A stretch of DNA of 64,000 bases from Minisyncoccota bacterium (GTDB taxonomy: Bacteria > Patescibacteriota > Minisyncoccia > Phycocordibacterales > UBA9973): the NCBI GenBank assembly GCA_017991395.1, contig JAGOQQ010000005.1, forward strand, positions 4,726-68,725. The letters are read 5' to 3'. A program made the translations under genes and the position numbers. Below, one piece after another: positions 28,540 to 37,691 of the stretch. Position 1 is the first letter of the stretch, and each line of letters starts with the position of its first letter. The notes beneath the pieces are model-generated. The model saw nothing but the letters and a program-made list of their open reading frames with translations. It was not told where the DNA came from and did not search any database.

Positions 28540-29439
28540 TTAAAACTCTCCTACAAAAGAAATCTCCGTTTCAAGCCAATAACCAGTTTGTTCTTTTACT
28601 TCATTTTGTATTTTTTGAATAAGAGTCCTCACATCCGAAGCTTTTCCTTCTCCTGTATTCACAAGAAAATTTGCATGCTTTTCAGAAACTTTAATACCTC
28701 CAATTTGATGTCCCTTAAGTCCGACTTTTTCAATTAAGCGTCCTGCCCCCACATTCTCAATTTTTTTAAATACCGAACCACATGAAGGATATATATCAAG
28801 CTGGGGTTGTCTTTCTTTTCTCCAGGCAATATTTTCATTCGCCTGCATTTTAATTTTCTCTTTTGTAGATTGAAACAATTTAAAAGTTACCTCAAGTACA
28901 ACTATATTTCTTGTATGCAATATACTAAAGTCGTATCCAAATTCAAAAAAATCTCTATCTACAACACACTCTGTATTATTTTCATCTAAAATTTTTACAG
29001 AATCAACAAGCATCTCAATAAAAAATGTGTCTTTTCTATCTGCTGTAAGAAAATGTAAATTTTGCCACAACGCTCCCCCCACAGTACTCGGTATTCCTGC
29101 AAAATTCTCAAGTCCTGAAAGTCCCTTCTCTGCTGAATACGATATAAGATTTTCTATAGTAGCTCCACTTTCTGCAATACAATACTCATCTTTAAAACAT
29201 ACATTATCAGATTCATTCTTGATAACGAGACCCCTAAATCCTTTATCTCCGAATAAAATATTTGCTCCTGCGCCTAGTAAAAAATAATGGATATTATTTT
29301 CCCTCGCATAAATAATTGCCGACTTTAGATCTTCTTGATTTTGAGCAATAAAAAAGTAATCTGCAAATCCACCAATTTTATAAGTAGAATAAGCGGCAAG
29401 TGATACATTTTTTTTAAATTTTAAAGAAATATCTTCCAT
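28540..29439 (-). CDS. murB: UDP-N-acetylenolpyruvoylglucosamine reductase
   Basis: It has the FAD-binding domain (SLAAYSTYKIGGFADYF) and the MurB C-terminal domain. Confidence 0.8.
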   Translation of the reverse strand: MEDISLKFKKNVSLAAYSTYKIGGFADYFFIAQNQEDLKSAIIYARENNIHYFLLGAGANILFGDKGFRGLVIKNESDNVCFKDEYCIAESGATIENLISYSAEKGLSGLENFAGIPSTVGGALWQNLHFLTADRKDTFFIEMLVDSVKILDENNTECVVDRDFFEFGYDFSILHTRNIVVLEVTFKLFQSTKEKIKMQANENIAWRKERQPQLDIYPSCGSVFKKIENVGAGRLIEKVGLKGHQIGGIKVSEKHANFLVNTGEGKASDVRTLIQKIQNEVKEQTGYWLETEISFVGEF

Positions 29440-29510
29440 AATTATATAGTGCTTATAATATCACTCTCATTAAAAAAAGTGACCCTTTATAGTATCGCTC
29501 TTTTAATCTT

Positions 29511-30620
29511 TTATATTTTAAACTCAATCACATCTCCATCCTTTACAATATATTCCTTCCCTTCAGTTCGTACTTTTCCTTTTGCACGGGCGTCGGCATA
29601 TGAACCACAGTCTAGTAGTTCCTGCCAGTTCACCACTTCTGCTCTGATAAACTTGTCTTTAAAATCCGTATGAATTGCCATTCCTGCCACTGGTGCAGTA
29701 CTTCCCTTTTTTATTGTCCACGCACGAGTCTCTTGGACTCCTGTAGTAAAATATGTGTCTAGACCAAGAAGCATATACGCTTCTTTGATGAGAGTATTGA
29801 TGCCGTCTGTCTCGCCTCCCATTTCAATACGGAAAGTTTCCTTTTCTTCTCCTTCAAAATCTTTAAGTTCATCTTCAATCTTTGCATCGAGTACCACAAA
29901 TCGTGAACCTATTGAAACAATATATTCACAGAGTTCTTTGAAAAGTTCTGGGTGAGTTTCGTCGAGATTTTTTGCTCCGGCTTTTTTGTTGAGCCCGTAG
30001 AGAAATGGCTTGAAAGTGAGGAGTCCGAGTTGTTTTATTTTTGGAATTTCTTTTTCCTCCAAATCTACTGTGTGTGCCATTTTTTCATCTTCAAGTGCTT
30101 TCAGTGTTTTTGTAAGTGCACTGTGTTCGATGATCGCTTCTTTGTCGCCTTGTTTAATTTCTCGAGAAATATTATTGATACGCTTTGCAACGGTTTCAAG
30201 GTCGGCAAGAATGAGCTCCATATTGATCACCTTGATATCTCGAAGTGGATCAATGTCACCATAGACATGAAGAATATCATTTCCATTTCCGGCTTTAAGT
30301 GGAAAAATTCTCACCATTTCAAAAATCGCATCAGTCTCTCGAATGTTTGCAAGAAATTTATTTCCGAGTCCTTCACCTTTTGACGCACCTGCGACAAGTC
30401 CTGCGATGTCTACAAACTCAATCGCAGCCGGAACAGTCTTCAAGGTTTTTGAAAATTCTGAAAGCTTCCAGAGACGTTCATCGGGCACACCCACAATACC
30501 CACCGATGGATCGATAGTACAAAATGGATAGTTTTCAGCAGGCACACCCTTTTTGGTGAGTGCGTTGAATAATGTTGATTTTCCCACGTTCGGCAAGCCG
30601 ACAATTCCTATACTTAGCAT
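29511..30620 (-). CDS. ychF: ribosome-binding ATPase YchF (Obg-like GTPase family)
   Basis: It contains GIVGLPNVGKSTLFNALT and NYPFCTIDPSVGIVGVPDERL. It has a C-terminal TGS domain. Confidence 0.85.
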   Translation of the reverse strand: MLSIGIVGLPNVGKSTLFNALTKKGVPAENYPFCTIDPSVGIVGVPDERLWKLSEFSKTLKTVPAAIEFVDIAGLVAGASKGEGLGNKFLANIRETDAIFEMVRIFPLKAGNGNDILHVYGDIDPLRDIKVINMELILADLETVAKRINNISREIKQGDKEAIIEHSALTKTLKALEDEKMAHTVDLEEKEIPKIKQLGLLTFKPFLYGLNKKAGAKNLDETHPELFKELCEYIVSIGSRFVVLDAKIEDELKDFEGEEKETFRIEMGGETDGINTLIKEAYMLLGLDTYFTTGVQETRAWTIKKGSTAPVAGMAIHTDFKDKFIRAEVVNWQELLDCGSYADARAKGKVRTEGKEYIVKDGDVIEFKI

Positions 30621-30671
30621 TGTGTCACTATAGCAAAATCCAGTACAAATGTCATTTGTACTGGATTGTTA

Positions 30672-32390
30672 CTACATCAATTTTTTGAGCTTATTTTCAA
30701 TAAATTTGTCGAGAGTGTCAAGATTCTTTTTTACCTTTGCAAACACCACTTCTTCTCTTTGACTTAGAGCCCTATCAACCCTAATCTTCTCAAGTGTATC
30801 AAGTTGCGATTCGAGATCCTCTTTGAATAACATTGTTGCCTCGTGAATATTCTTTACTGTGACCATCAATTCTTGATTCATGCGTCGCTTTAATCCAAAG
30901 AATTTATGCCATCCAATATACAGTGCGATAAGTAGCACAACAAACAGTACTACAACAACAATTATCGAAAAGAGTGCAAAACTTATTTTTTCAAATTGAG
31001 TTTCCGAAACAGTAAGGTGTATTTTCTCTGACAATTGACTGCTCACGTTTTCTCCAAGCACACTTCTTGCAGACACTTCAATCACACCAACTTTTTTTAA
31101 TTTTTCCGTTACTACTGAGAATGATCCGTCCTCTGATGTCGTCTGAGTGTATCGCCCTACTTCTTCATCACCCATAAACAACAATACTTCTACTTGTGTA
31201 TTTGGATATTCAGACTTTCCAAGTATCGTCACCGTATCTCCTTTTTGTACATCTTCACCACTAAGTTCGATTTGGGGTATTGAAATTTTTGGTGTAGTAA
31301 ATACTACAGTAGCGACTGTTTGATTTTCTGCCTTGTCATATGCAGTCACTATAAGACTATGATTTCCTTCGTTTTGATACGGCAAAAGATACGTACCGTC
31401 AACAATTTGATCAATAGACACTTTTTGCAATTGCTGATTGTCAATTTTGAGTGTATAAAAATCTATTCCTGAAGTACTATCTTCAGCATCGAGAGTTACT
31501 GATGCTCTATTTTGTACTATTGATATCTTTGGTTCAAAAGATTTTGGTGGAGTTGCATCAACTTTTATAACATAGTGCGTTACTGCACTTGAAGTATTGT
31601 CATTCTTGTATCTCAAATGAAAATAAGAAATACCATCAGAAATACTGCTGAGTGTTTTTTGTGTTACCGAATTATCGTATGAGACTGTAGGAGTTGAGTT
31701 TGATGTCTTGTTGAAAAGAGTTTGAATTGATGTCACTCCGCTAGGTATTTTCCAGCTCAATGTCGCAGAAGTATTTTTGTACCAACGATTTTGATCAGGA
31801 TGTGTATCAGACGAAATAACTGGCTTTGATATCGAAGTTTGTGATTTGTCTGGGACTACAACTTCTGGAATTTCCGCAGGCTTCGCAATTCCAACTGTTA
31901 TAGTGCTTCCATTTTTTGAGCTTAAAATATTTGTCCCAAGACCATCGTTTTTTCGAACTGCACCATCTGTAAACAACACAGATGCAGTCCCTTGTTTCTT
32001 AGCCTTAAACACAATCGACGCTATTGTGCCATTTGAGCCATTGAATCCAGGATTTGCAGCACCGCCATTAAACACAATCCTACCAGTACCATTTGAAAAA
32101 CTTGGTTCTTCAACCCACAAAGTAAATATTGAAGAACTTTTACTTATAGAAATAACTTCCAATACATCATTGGGAAACTGAATCACTCCTTCGGCGTTGT
32201 TGACTGCCAAACCACCAGTATCTACCTTGATCGATACTGTTGTAATATTGCCAACAGATACCGACGATGAACTCGGCGACAGTGTCAACGTGGCAGCGAG
32301 AGCAGGAATAGGAACACAGACACACAGCATCGCGAGAAGTGTGAGTATGTGCTTCCTATTTAAGATTAATTCAATGAACCTGATTCGCAT
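30672..32390 (-). CDS. cell-surface protein with an N-terminal cohesin-like domain, Ig-like repeats and a C-terminal TM anchor
   Basis: It has a signal peptide. A ~140-aa beta-sandwich region (VSVGNITTVSIKVDTGGLAVNNAEGVIQFPNDVLEVISI) resembles a cohesin. A TM helix plus basic tail lies at the C-terminus. Confidence 0.5.
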   Translation of the reverse strand: MRIRFIELILNRKHILTLLAMLCVCVPIPALAATLTLSPSSSSVSVGNITTVSIKVDTGGLAVNNAEGVIQFPNDVLEVISISKSSSIFTLWVEEPSFSNGTGRIVFNGGAANPGFNGSNGTIASIVFKAKKQGTASVLFTDGAVRKNDGLGTNILSSKNGSTITVGIAKPAEIPEVVVPDKSQTSISKPVISSDTHPDQNRWYKNTSATLSWKIPSGVTSIQTLFNKTSNSTPTVSYDNSVTQKTLSSISDGISYFHLRYKNDNTSSAVTHYVIKVDATPPKSFEPKISIVQNRASVTLDAEDSTSGIDFYTLKIDNQQLQKVSIDQIVDGTYLLPYQNEGNHSLIVTAYDKAENQTVATVVFTTPKISIPQIELSGEDVQKGDTVTILGKSEYPNTQVEVLLFMGDEEVGRYTQTTSEDGSFSVVTEKLKKVGVIEVSARSVLGENVSSQLSEKIHLTVSETQFEKISFALFSIIVVVVLFVVLLIALYIGWHKFFGLKRRMNQELMVTVKNIHEATMLFKEDLESQLDTLEKIRVDRALSQREEVVFAKVKKNLDTLDKFIENKLKKLM

Positions 32391-33306
32391 TTCTCTTTCG
32401 CTTACGTAATTTTCTAATGATTAAATAAAGTATACTTACACCAATACATACCATCACAAGTGATGCCCAAGGAAATGCTTTCTTTTGAACAAATGTTGCT
32501 GTTTGGAAATTTCCAGCTTTGTCATATGCTGCCACTATTACATCGAGTTTTCCGTCTTGGTCTATCAGTACATAGTGTGTGCCTGTACGAACAGGTGGAT
32601 TGTTGCCCTCTGTTACTTCATAGTGACTTATCCCAGACTCTTTGTCTGTAGTCTCAAATGAGATAAACTTTTTTCCATCATAGAGATTTTGATCTTGAAT
32701 CAATTCGATTGTAAAAGGTTCTGGAGCGTTGTTATCATTTGATATTATTTCTTTCCAGACATCTTGTGGTTTTTCACGAGCTGTTCCAACGTTGATTGTT
32801 GAAGAATTCTTTGTGATATTACGAGTCGTCCCTAGCCCATCATTTAAAAATGAAGTTATTACTTTTGGAGAAATAGTAAACTTTCCTTCTTGATGTATCT
32901 TTACCACCACACTAAAAAGTAACAACTTTTCACCAGTCACTCCACCTGGTACTCCTCCCACAAAAGAAATCGCACGACCTTCTTCCAAAGAAGGTTTTCG
33001 TGGCCACATTGTAAATGCAGAATTCACCAGACTCAATTCCTTTATTTCAAAATTGCCTTTGTGTTCATCGGTCAAAACAATAGACCCGTCAATAGAATTG
33101 ATTGTCTCCCCTTCGGTGTTTAGATACACCCGAATGATTGCAGTGTCATTTGCATTGATCAGGGTATCGCTCGAGGCACTAATTGTTGCAGCAGATACAA
33201 GTGATGGAATACAAAAGCTGATCAGTACAATACATCCTGCCGAAACAAATGCTCGAACATTATTTTTTATAGTTATTTTATTGATCATAAAGGTTTTGTT
33301 CCCCAC
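32371..33306 (-). CDS. paralogous cohesin-like-domain surface protein with a C-terminal TM anchor
   Basis: Its N-terminal domain is homologous to the 572-aa neighbour (ATISASSDTLINANDTAIIRVYLNTEGETINSIDGSIVL). It has a C-terminal TM and an RKLRKRKR tail. Confidence 0.5.
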   Translation of the reverse strand: MGNKTFMINKITIKNNVRAFVSAGCIVLISFCIPSLVSAATISASSDTLINANDTAIIRVYLNTEGETINSIDGSIVLTDEHKGNFEIKELSLVNSAFTMWPRKPSLEEGRAISFVGGVPGGVTGEKLLLFSVVVKIHQEGKFTISPKVITSFLNDGLGTTRNITKNSSTINVGTAREKPQDVWKEIISNDNNAPEPFTIELIQDQNLYDGKKFISFETTDKESGISHYEVTEGNNPPVRTGTHYVLIDQDGKLDVIVAAYDKAGNFQTATFVQKKAFPWASLVMVCIGVSILYLIIRKLRKRKRNANQVH

Positions 33307-35723
33307 TGGTAAAGAAGGATTGAGAAATCAACAGAGTCAACTTTTGTGTCAACATTTATATCTACGCAAGGATTTGCGAATGGTGATTTTGTTTTCCAGA
33401 AAAAGAGCAATATTGAGAAATCAGTTGAATCTACTTTGCCACTTGCATTGAAGTCTGCCCCATTACAAGATCCATTAGTAGTGGTTGATCCTCCACCTCC
33501 TCCGCCCCCGCCACTACTAGGTGCACTGCCAGAAGTGACAGTAAATACACGCGATGCAGACGAACTGTCTGTGCCGAAATATACTTTGAGTTTAAAATAA
33601 TACGTCCCCGCCGTCGCGACAGTTGCAGACAATCCAGTATTCCAATCTTCACTTGGATTAATAAACTTCGCTGCTAATGCATAGTACGCGTCATCATTTC
33701 CTCCACAATCATTTGATAGGTCAGACACAACACACCACTCGTATTGGTATTCATACCCTGAAAGACCTTCGTTTGTAATAGTCACATTTCCTGTAATCGA
33801 TGTAAGGTCTGTAGCTGTGACTGAGTTGATGAGTACTTGCGCTGGAGATCCTGATACTTCCCAATAATCATTTGTCTGAATTGTCTTACCACTTTCTACT
33901 TCTGTAGAAATAATAGCTTCCCAAAGTCCTTGAGCGGCATTGTTTGAAACCGAGTATGTGTATTCATATACTCCCGTGCTCAACAATGTTGTTGCGACAC
34001 CTGAGACAACAATGTTTCTATCTGCATCATACAAAGTGACTGTTGGAATTGAAAATGGTGCGGTAGGTGTGGCACTTGAATCTAATATAAATACTTTCGT
34101 TCTGTACGTATATCCTGCTTGAACTCTTTCAACATTACCCATTTTTACTGACCAGTTGTCTGCGCCTCCCGCTGTCGAAACTTGTGCATCAACATTTGTT
34201 GCAAGTTGTTCTCCGATTGATCCGACAGTGACGAGTGACGATGAAAGTACATTCCATACATCCTCTGCGGTTATGTCATTTCCATAGTTTGAAAGAGTTC
34301 GTGTGCCATTTGCCCACACTGCTGTTGCAATAGAACTTGTTGAATAATCAGACAATGTTCGTGTTGCAGAATTCCACACATCAGCTGCGGTGAGTGAACT
34401 TGTACCTCGAGTAGATACTTGAACATCCAGATTGTCTGCAATAAGCTTTCCTACACTTCCACTCGCAGTAAGTCCCGATGATGCAGTATCCCAAATAGCA
34501 TCGACAGAAGTAGTTGAAATATCTACCGTACCTGTAAGAGTACGCGTACCGGCCGCCCACACATCAGCTGCAGAGATATCATTTAATGCAAGAATAAGTG
34601 CCTCATTTGCTTGTACTTGTGTAAGAATGTCGGACGATTGTGCATCAACATTTGTTGCAAGTTGTTCTCCGATTGATCCGACAGTGACGAGTGACGATGA
34701 AAGTACATTCCATACATCCTCTGCGGTTATGTCATTTCCATAGTTTGTGAGAGTTCGAGTAGCATTTGCCCATACACCTGAAGAAACCGCATCAACTCCT
34801 GTGGTTGAAAGTGTTCGTGTCGCAGAATTCCACACATCACCTGCGGTGAGCGTACTTGTGCCCCGAGTAGATACTTGAGCATCCAGATTGTCCACGATCA
34901 ACTTACCAATACTTCCTGAAGTAGAGAGTCCCAATGTTGCAGTATCCCAAATAGCATCCACTGAAGTAGTGTCTACAGTAACAGTTCCAGAATTTATTGA
35001 ACGAGTGCCATGTGCCCACACATCAGCTGCAGAAATATTGTTGAGTGCATTGATAAGTCCTTGTGTAGTTTGAATTTCTGCCACAACAGTAGCTTCAGAT
35101 GTATCTATGTAACTTTCAGTGGCAAAACTTCCACCTCCGGCAATATTCTTTGTAGTCAATTGTCTCGTTGGGGCAAAAGCTCCGTCCCACACATCAGCTG
35201 CAAGTGATCCGAAAGCTGTCATGGTACGAGTACCATTACTCCACACATCTGACACAAGAGTTCCAAAGGTTGTGAGGGATCGTGATCCACTCGCCCAGAC
35301 TGCAGAAGCGATAGACGCGTCGCTGACTTCCGCATTTTTAGCAATAAATGTTTTATCGAGTTTCAACAAATCACCACCAATCAAAGTCCCACACGTAATA
35401 AATGTAGGATATTTCCCTTCTACTCCAGGAACTGTATATGAGTAATAATGCCATCCTGTGGCATCGTCAGTCATTGTGGCTTCATTCACAAGAGTTGCTC
35501 CGGCTGGTGAGTATATTGAAATAGTACAATCATCTGTGGTGGGAGTATAGTCATCTTCGTATATAAACTCTCCTATAACAATCGCTTCACTTGGTTCATA
35601 TGTTTCGATAGCATAAGAAATTTGAGTAAAAGAAAATACTAAAAACATTACAATAAATGTTTTTAAAAAGATACCCACTTTTTTATTTTTAAAATAATGG
35701 ATTATCACAGTCAAATTACTCAC
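33285..35723 (-). CDS. large secreted repeat protein with a C-terminal dockerin domain
   Basis: It has a signal peptide. It has internal ~110-aa repeats with ADVW/DVWN motifs. After a Gly8 linker there are two Ca-binding dockerin segments, DFNASGKVDSTDFSILLFFW and DINVDTKVDSVDFSILLYQW. Confidence 0.6.
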   Translation of the reverse strand: MSNLTVIIHYFKNKKVGIFLKTFIVMFLVFSFTQISYAIETYEPSEAIVIGEFIYEDDYTPTTDDCTISIYSPAGATLVNEATMTDDATGWHYYSYTVPGVEGKYPTFITCGTLIGGDLLKLDKTFIAKNAEVSDASIASAVWASGSRSLTTFGTLVSDVWSNGTRTMTAFGSLAADVWDGAFAPTRQLTTKNIAGGGSFATESYIDTSEATVVAEIQTTQGLINALNNISAADVWAHGTRSINSGTVTVDTTSVDAIWDTATLGLSTSGSIGKLIVDNLDAQVSTRGTSTLTAGDVWNSATRTLSTTGVDAVSSGVWANATRTLTNYGNDITAEDVWNVLSSSLVTVGSIGEQLATNVDAQSSDILTQVQANEALILALNDISAADVWAAGTRTLTGTVDISTTSVDAIWDTASSGLTASGSVGKLIADNLDVQVSTRGTSSLTAADVWNSATRTLSDYSTSSIATAVWANGTRTLSNYGNDITAEDVWNVLSSSLVTVGSIGEQLATNVDAQVSTAGGADNWSVKMGNVERVQAGYTYRTKVFILDSSATPTAPFSIPTVTLYDADRNIVVSGVATTLLSTGVYEYTYSVSNNAAQGLWEAIISTEVESGKTIQTNDYWEVSGSPAQVLINSVTATDLTSITGNVTITNEGLSGYEYQYEWCVVSDLSNDCGGNDDAYYALAAKFINPSEDWNTGLSATVATAGTYYFKLKVYFGTDSSSASRVFTVTSGSAPSSGGGGGGGGSTTTNGSCNGADFNASGKVDSTDFSILLFFWKTKSPFANPCVDINVDTKVDSVDFSILLYQWGTKPL

Positions 35724-35749
35724 ACCAAACCACTTACAACCCTAAAAAA

Positions 35750-35908
35750 TTACTTCTTCTTATCAGTGTCTGTTCCTTTGAATGCACCAGTAAAATGCTT
35801 AATTGCATCAACGATACTCTTTGCAAGTTCTGGAATCTTCTTTGATCCAAACAAAAGCACGAGCACGACTGCTATTATAATAATTTCTTTTGTTCCTAAT
35901 CCAAACAT
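35750..35908 (-). CDS. tatA: Sec-independent translocase subunit TatA/E
   Basis: The 52-aa product is MFGLGTKEIIIIAVVLVLLFGSKKIPELAKSIVDAIKHFTGAFKG... It is under 60 aa and so is missing from the ORF track. Confidence 0.75.
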   Translation of the reverse strand: MFGLGTKEIIIIAVVLVLLFGSKKIPELAKSIVDAIKHFTGAFKGTDTDKKK

Positions 35909-35946
35909 ATAAATATAAGTTAAAAATACACTCTAATAAATTGTTG

Positions 35947-36102
35947 CTACTTTTTTGCACCATCTGCTGATTTGAAAATACCCATAAGGTGTCTTACTGC
36001 ATCAGCAATACTCTTTGCAAGTTCTGGAATCTTCTTTGATCCAAACAAAAGCACGATCACGACTGCAATGATAATAATTTCTTTTGTTCCTAATCCAAAC
36101 AT
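35947..36102 (-). CDS. tatA: Sec-independent translocase subunit TatA/E (second, tandem paralog)
   Basis: The 51-aa product is MFGLGTKEIIIIAVVIVLLFGSKKIPELAKSIADAVRHLMGIFKSADGAKK. Confidence 0.75.
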   Translation of the reverse strand: MFGLGTKEIIIIAVVIVLLFGSKKIPELAKSIADAVRHLMGIFKSADGAKK

Positions 36103-36113
36103 AATTTTGTGTG

Positions 36114-36881
36114 TTAGTTTTCCAAAAGGACATGCTCCTTTTGAGATTTATTAAAGAGAACTGTGATTTCAAAAATCAAAATCAATGGCACCGCCATTAA
36201 CACTAATGATAAACCGTCTGTCGGCGGAAGTAAAGAGACTAACACAAATATTCCTGCAATTACATGCCTACGCTTTGACTTCAGAAATGACACACTGAGT
36301 ATGCCCATTCGAATTAAAAATGTAACAACTAACGGTAAAATAAAAAGTATCCCAAGTAAAGACGAGGTGAATACAATCTGAGAAATAAACAACCCAATAT
36401 CCCAATAATTCACCACTCCTAGTCCCACATTTATATGAGCTACAAACTTGACCGCATAATAGAGCGTCCCACACCCATACAAAAACCCTACAAGATACAT
36501 CACAATTCCCATCGGCAACGATAGTAAAAAAGTTGTGCGCTCTTTTTTGAGTAATCCCGGTTTAACAAATGTATATAGTTGAAAAATAAAAATTGGTATT
36601 ATCACCACGCACGCAGTAAAAAATCCAATACTCATTGCAAGATCTATCAATTGAAAAGGAGACGTGGTCACTATCTTCACGCCTTCAATCTGAATCTTGC
36701 TCAACATAAACTTGATGATTGGCGACGTTCCCAAAAACCCAAGAACAAACACAACCAAAAAAATTTTGGTCAGCAACACAATATTACTTCTTAATTCTTC
36801 TAGATATACAGCGTATTTATCTATGCTTTTCTGGAAATTGTTCACCCTCCTATTCTGACATAATAAAGATATTTCCTCCAC
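36114..36881 (-). CDS. tatC: Sec-independent translocase subunit TatC
   Basis: It is a 6-TM protein with TatC-like topology and sequence. It lies upstream of two tatA genes on the same strand. Confidence 0.8.
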   Translation of the reverse strand: MEEISLLCQNRRVNNFQKSIDKYAVYLEELRSNIVLLTKIFLVVFVLGFLGTSPIIKFMLSKIQIEGVKIVTTSPFQLIDLAMSIGFFTACVVIIPIFIFQLYTFVKPGLLKKERTTFLLSLPMGIVMYLVGFLYGCGTLYYAVKFVAHINVGLGVVNYWDIGLFISQIVFTSSLLGILFILPLVVTFLIRMGILSVSFLKSKRRHVIAGIFVLVSLLPPTDGLSLVLMAVPLILIFEITVLFNKSQKEHVLLEN

Positions 36882-37026
36882 CTCTTGGGATTTCAGTTAC
36901 CAGATATTGAGTACTGCTAGGCTCAATATTTATATCGTCAATTTCACCTGCATATACAGCAGACGGTATTTCCACAATATAATCCTGAATTTCTCCGGTT
37001 TGAAAATTTACATCAGTGAGTGCCAT
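36850..37026 (-). CDS. small hypothetical protein (58 aa)
   Basis: The ORF is tightly packed. It starts 5 nt after the upstream gene and overlaps the tatC start. It is speculative. Confidence 0.3.
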   Translation of the reverse strand: MALTDVNFQTGEIQDYIVEIPSAVYAGEIDDINIEPSSTQYLVTEIPRGGGNIFIMSE

Positions 37027-37030
37027 ATTT

Positions 37031-37690
37031 TTAACTTATTGATTGAATTTTTCCCTTTTTTCGTTTTTTTAACATTGAAACAACGTTGTTTGTGGTACTT
37101 TCATCTGGAATAATTACTTCTGTTGCATCTAGGGGATCACTTGGCGGTATGAGCACTTCCGGCTCTACAACTTCAGGCACCGAGCCGTCATCTGACGGTT
37201 CGACCACTTCACTGTCATCCTGATTTACACCTTCGACTTCACCTTCTGTTTCGACGACAGGTGTTTCTTGCGGTACTTCATCAAGATTTTCATTGGTCTC
37301 CTCTTCTTCTACAACATCAACAGGCTCTATGCGCTGTTGTTCTATTTTTGTTTGCTCGGTACTTATGACTTCATCCAATGAATCAACCTCGAGAGTACCA
37401 CCGTCCATTTTTTCCAAAAGCTCATTGGACATTCTGACATACGACGCAGAAGTGTGAGTTGATTGTGGATCAATTTTCAAAATTTCTTCACCCAATTCTT
37501 TTGCGCTGTTGTATCGATATACCAACCCTCCGTAGGCAATATATTGAGCGTGGAATGATCCTGTAATCACGCCTGGATTCGAAACATCATACACTTCAAT
37601 AAGTGCATTGTCATCGTAATCACCTGTTGCAGTTGCAACCTTTAAGGTTTGATTTTCCGAAACTAATTGATCTTTTTCAATATGAATCAT
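37031..37690 (-). CDS. hypothetical acidic protein (C-terminal half E/D/V/P-rich)
   Basis: It is a 219-aa ORF. I recognised no motif. Confidence 0.5.
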   Translation of the reverse strand: MIHIEKDQLVSENQTLKVATATGDYDDNALIEVYDVSNPGVITGSFHAQYIAYGGLVYRYNSAKELGEEILKIDPQSTHTSASYVRMSNELLEKMDGGTLEVDSLDEVISTEQTKIEQQRIEPVDVVEEEETNENLDEVPQETPVVETEGEVEGVNQDDSEVVEPSDDGSVPEVVEPEVLIPPSDPLDATEVIIPDESTTNNVVSMLKKRKKGKIQSIS

Positions 37691-37691
37691 A

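Noticed and set aside
33480-33510. Poly-Gly codon run (GGGGGGGGS) before the dockerin as a possible phase-variation tract
   Set aside because: The DNA is a mixed cctcc/gcc repeat rather than a homopolymer, so slipped-strand frameshifting is unlikely. It is a flexible linker.
33346-35445. Plus-strand ORFs inside the dockerin-protein gene (33346-33600, 34432-34743, 35119-35445 and others)
   Set aside because: They are shadows of the 812-aa minus-strand gene. Their translations are low-complexity.
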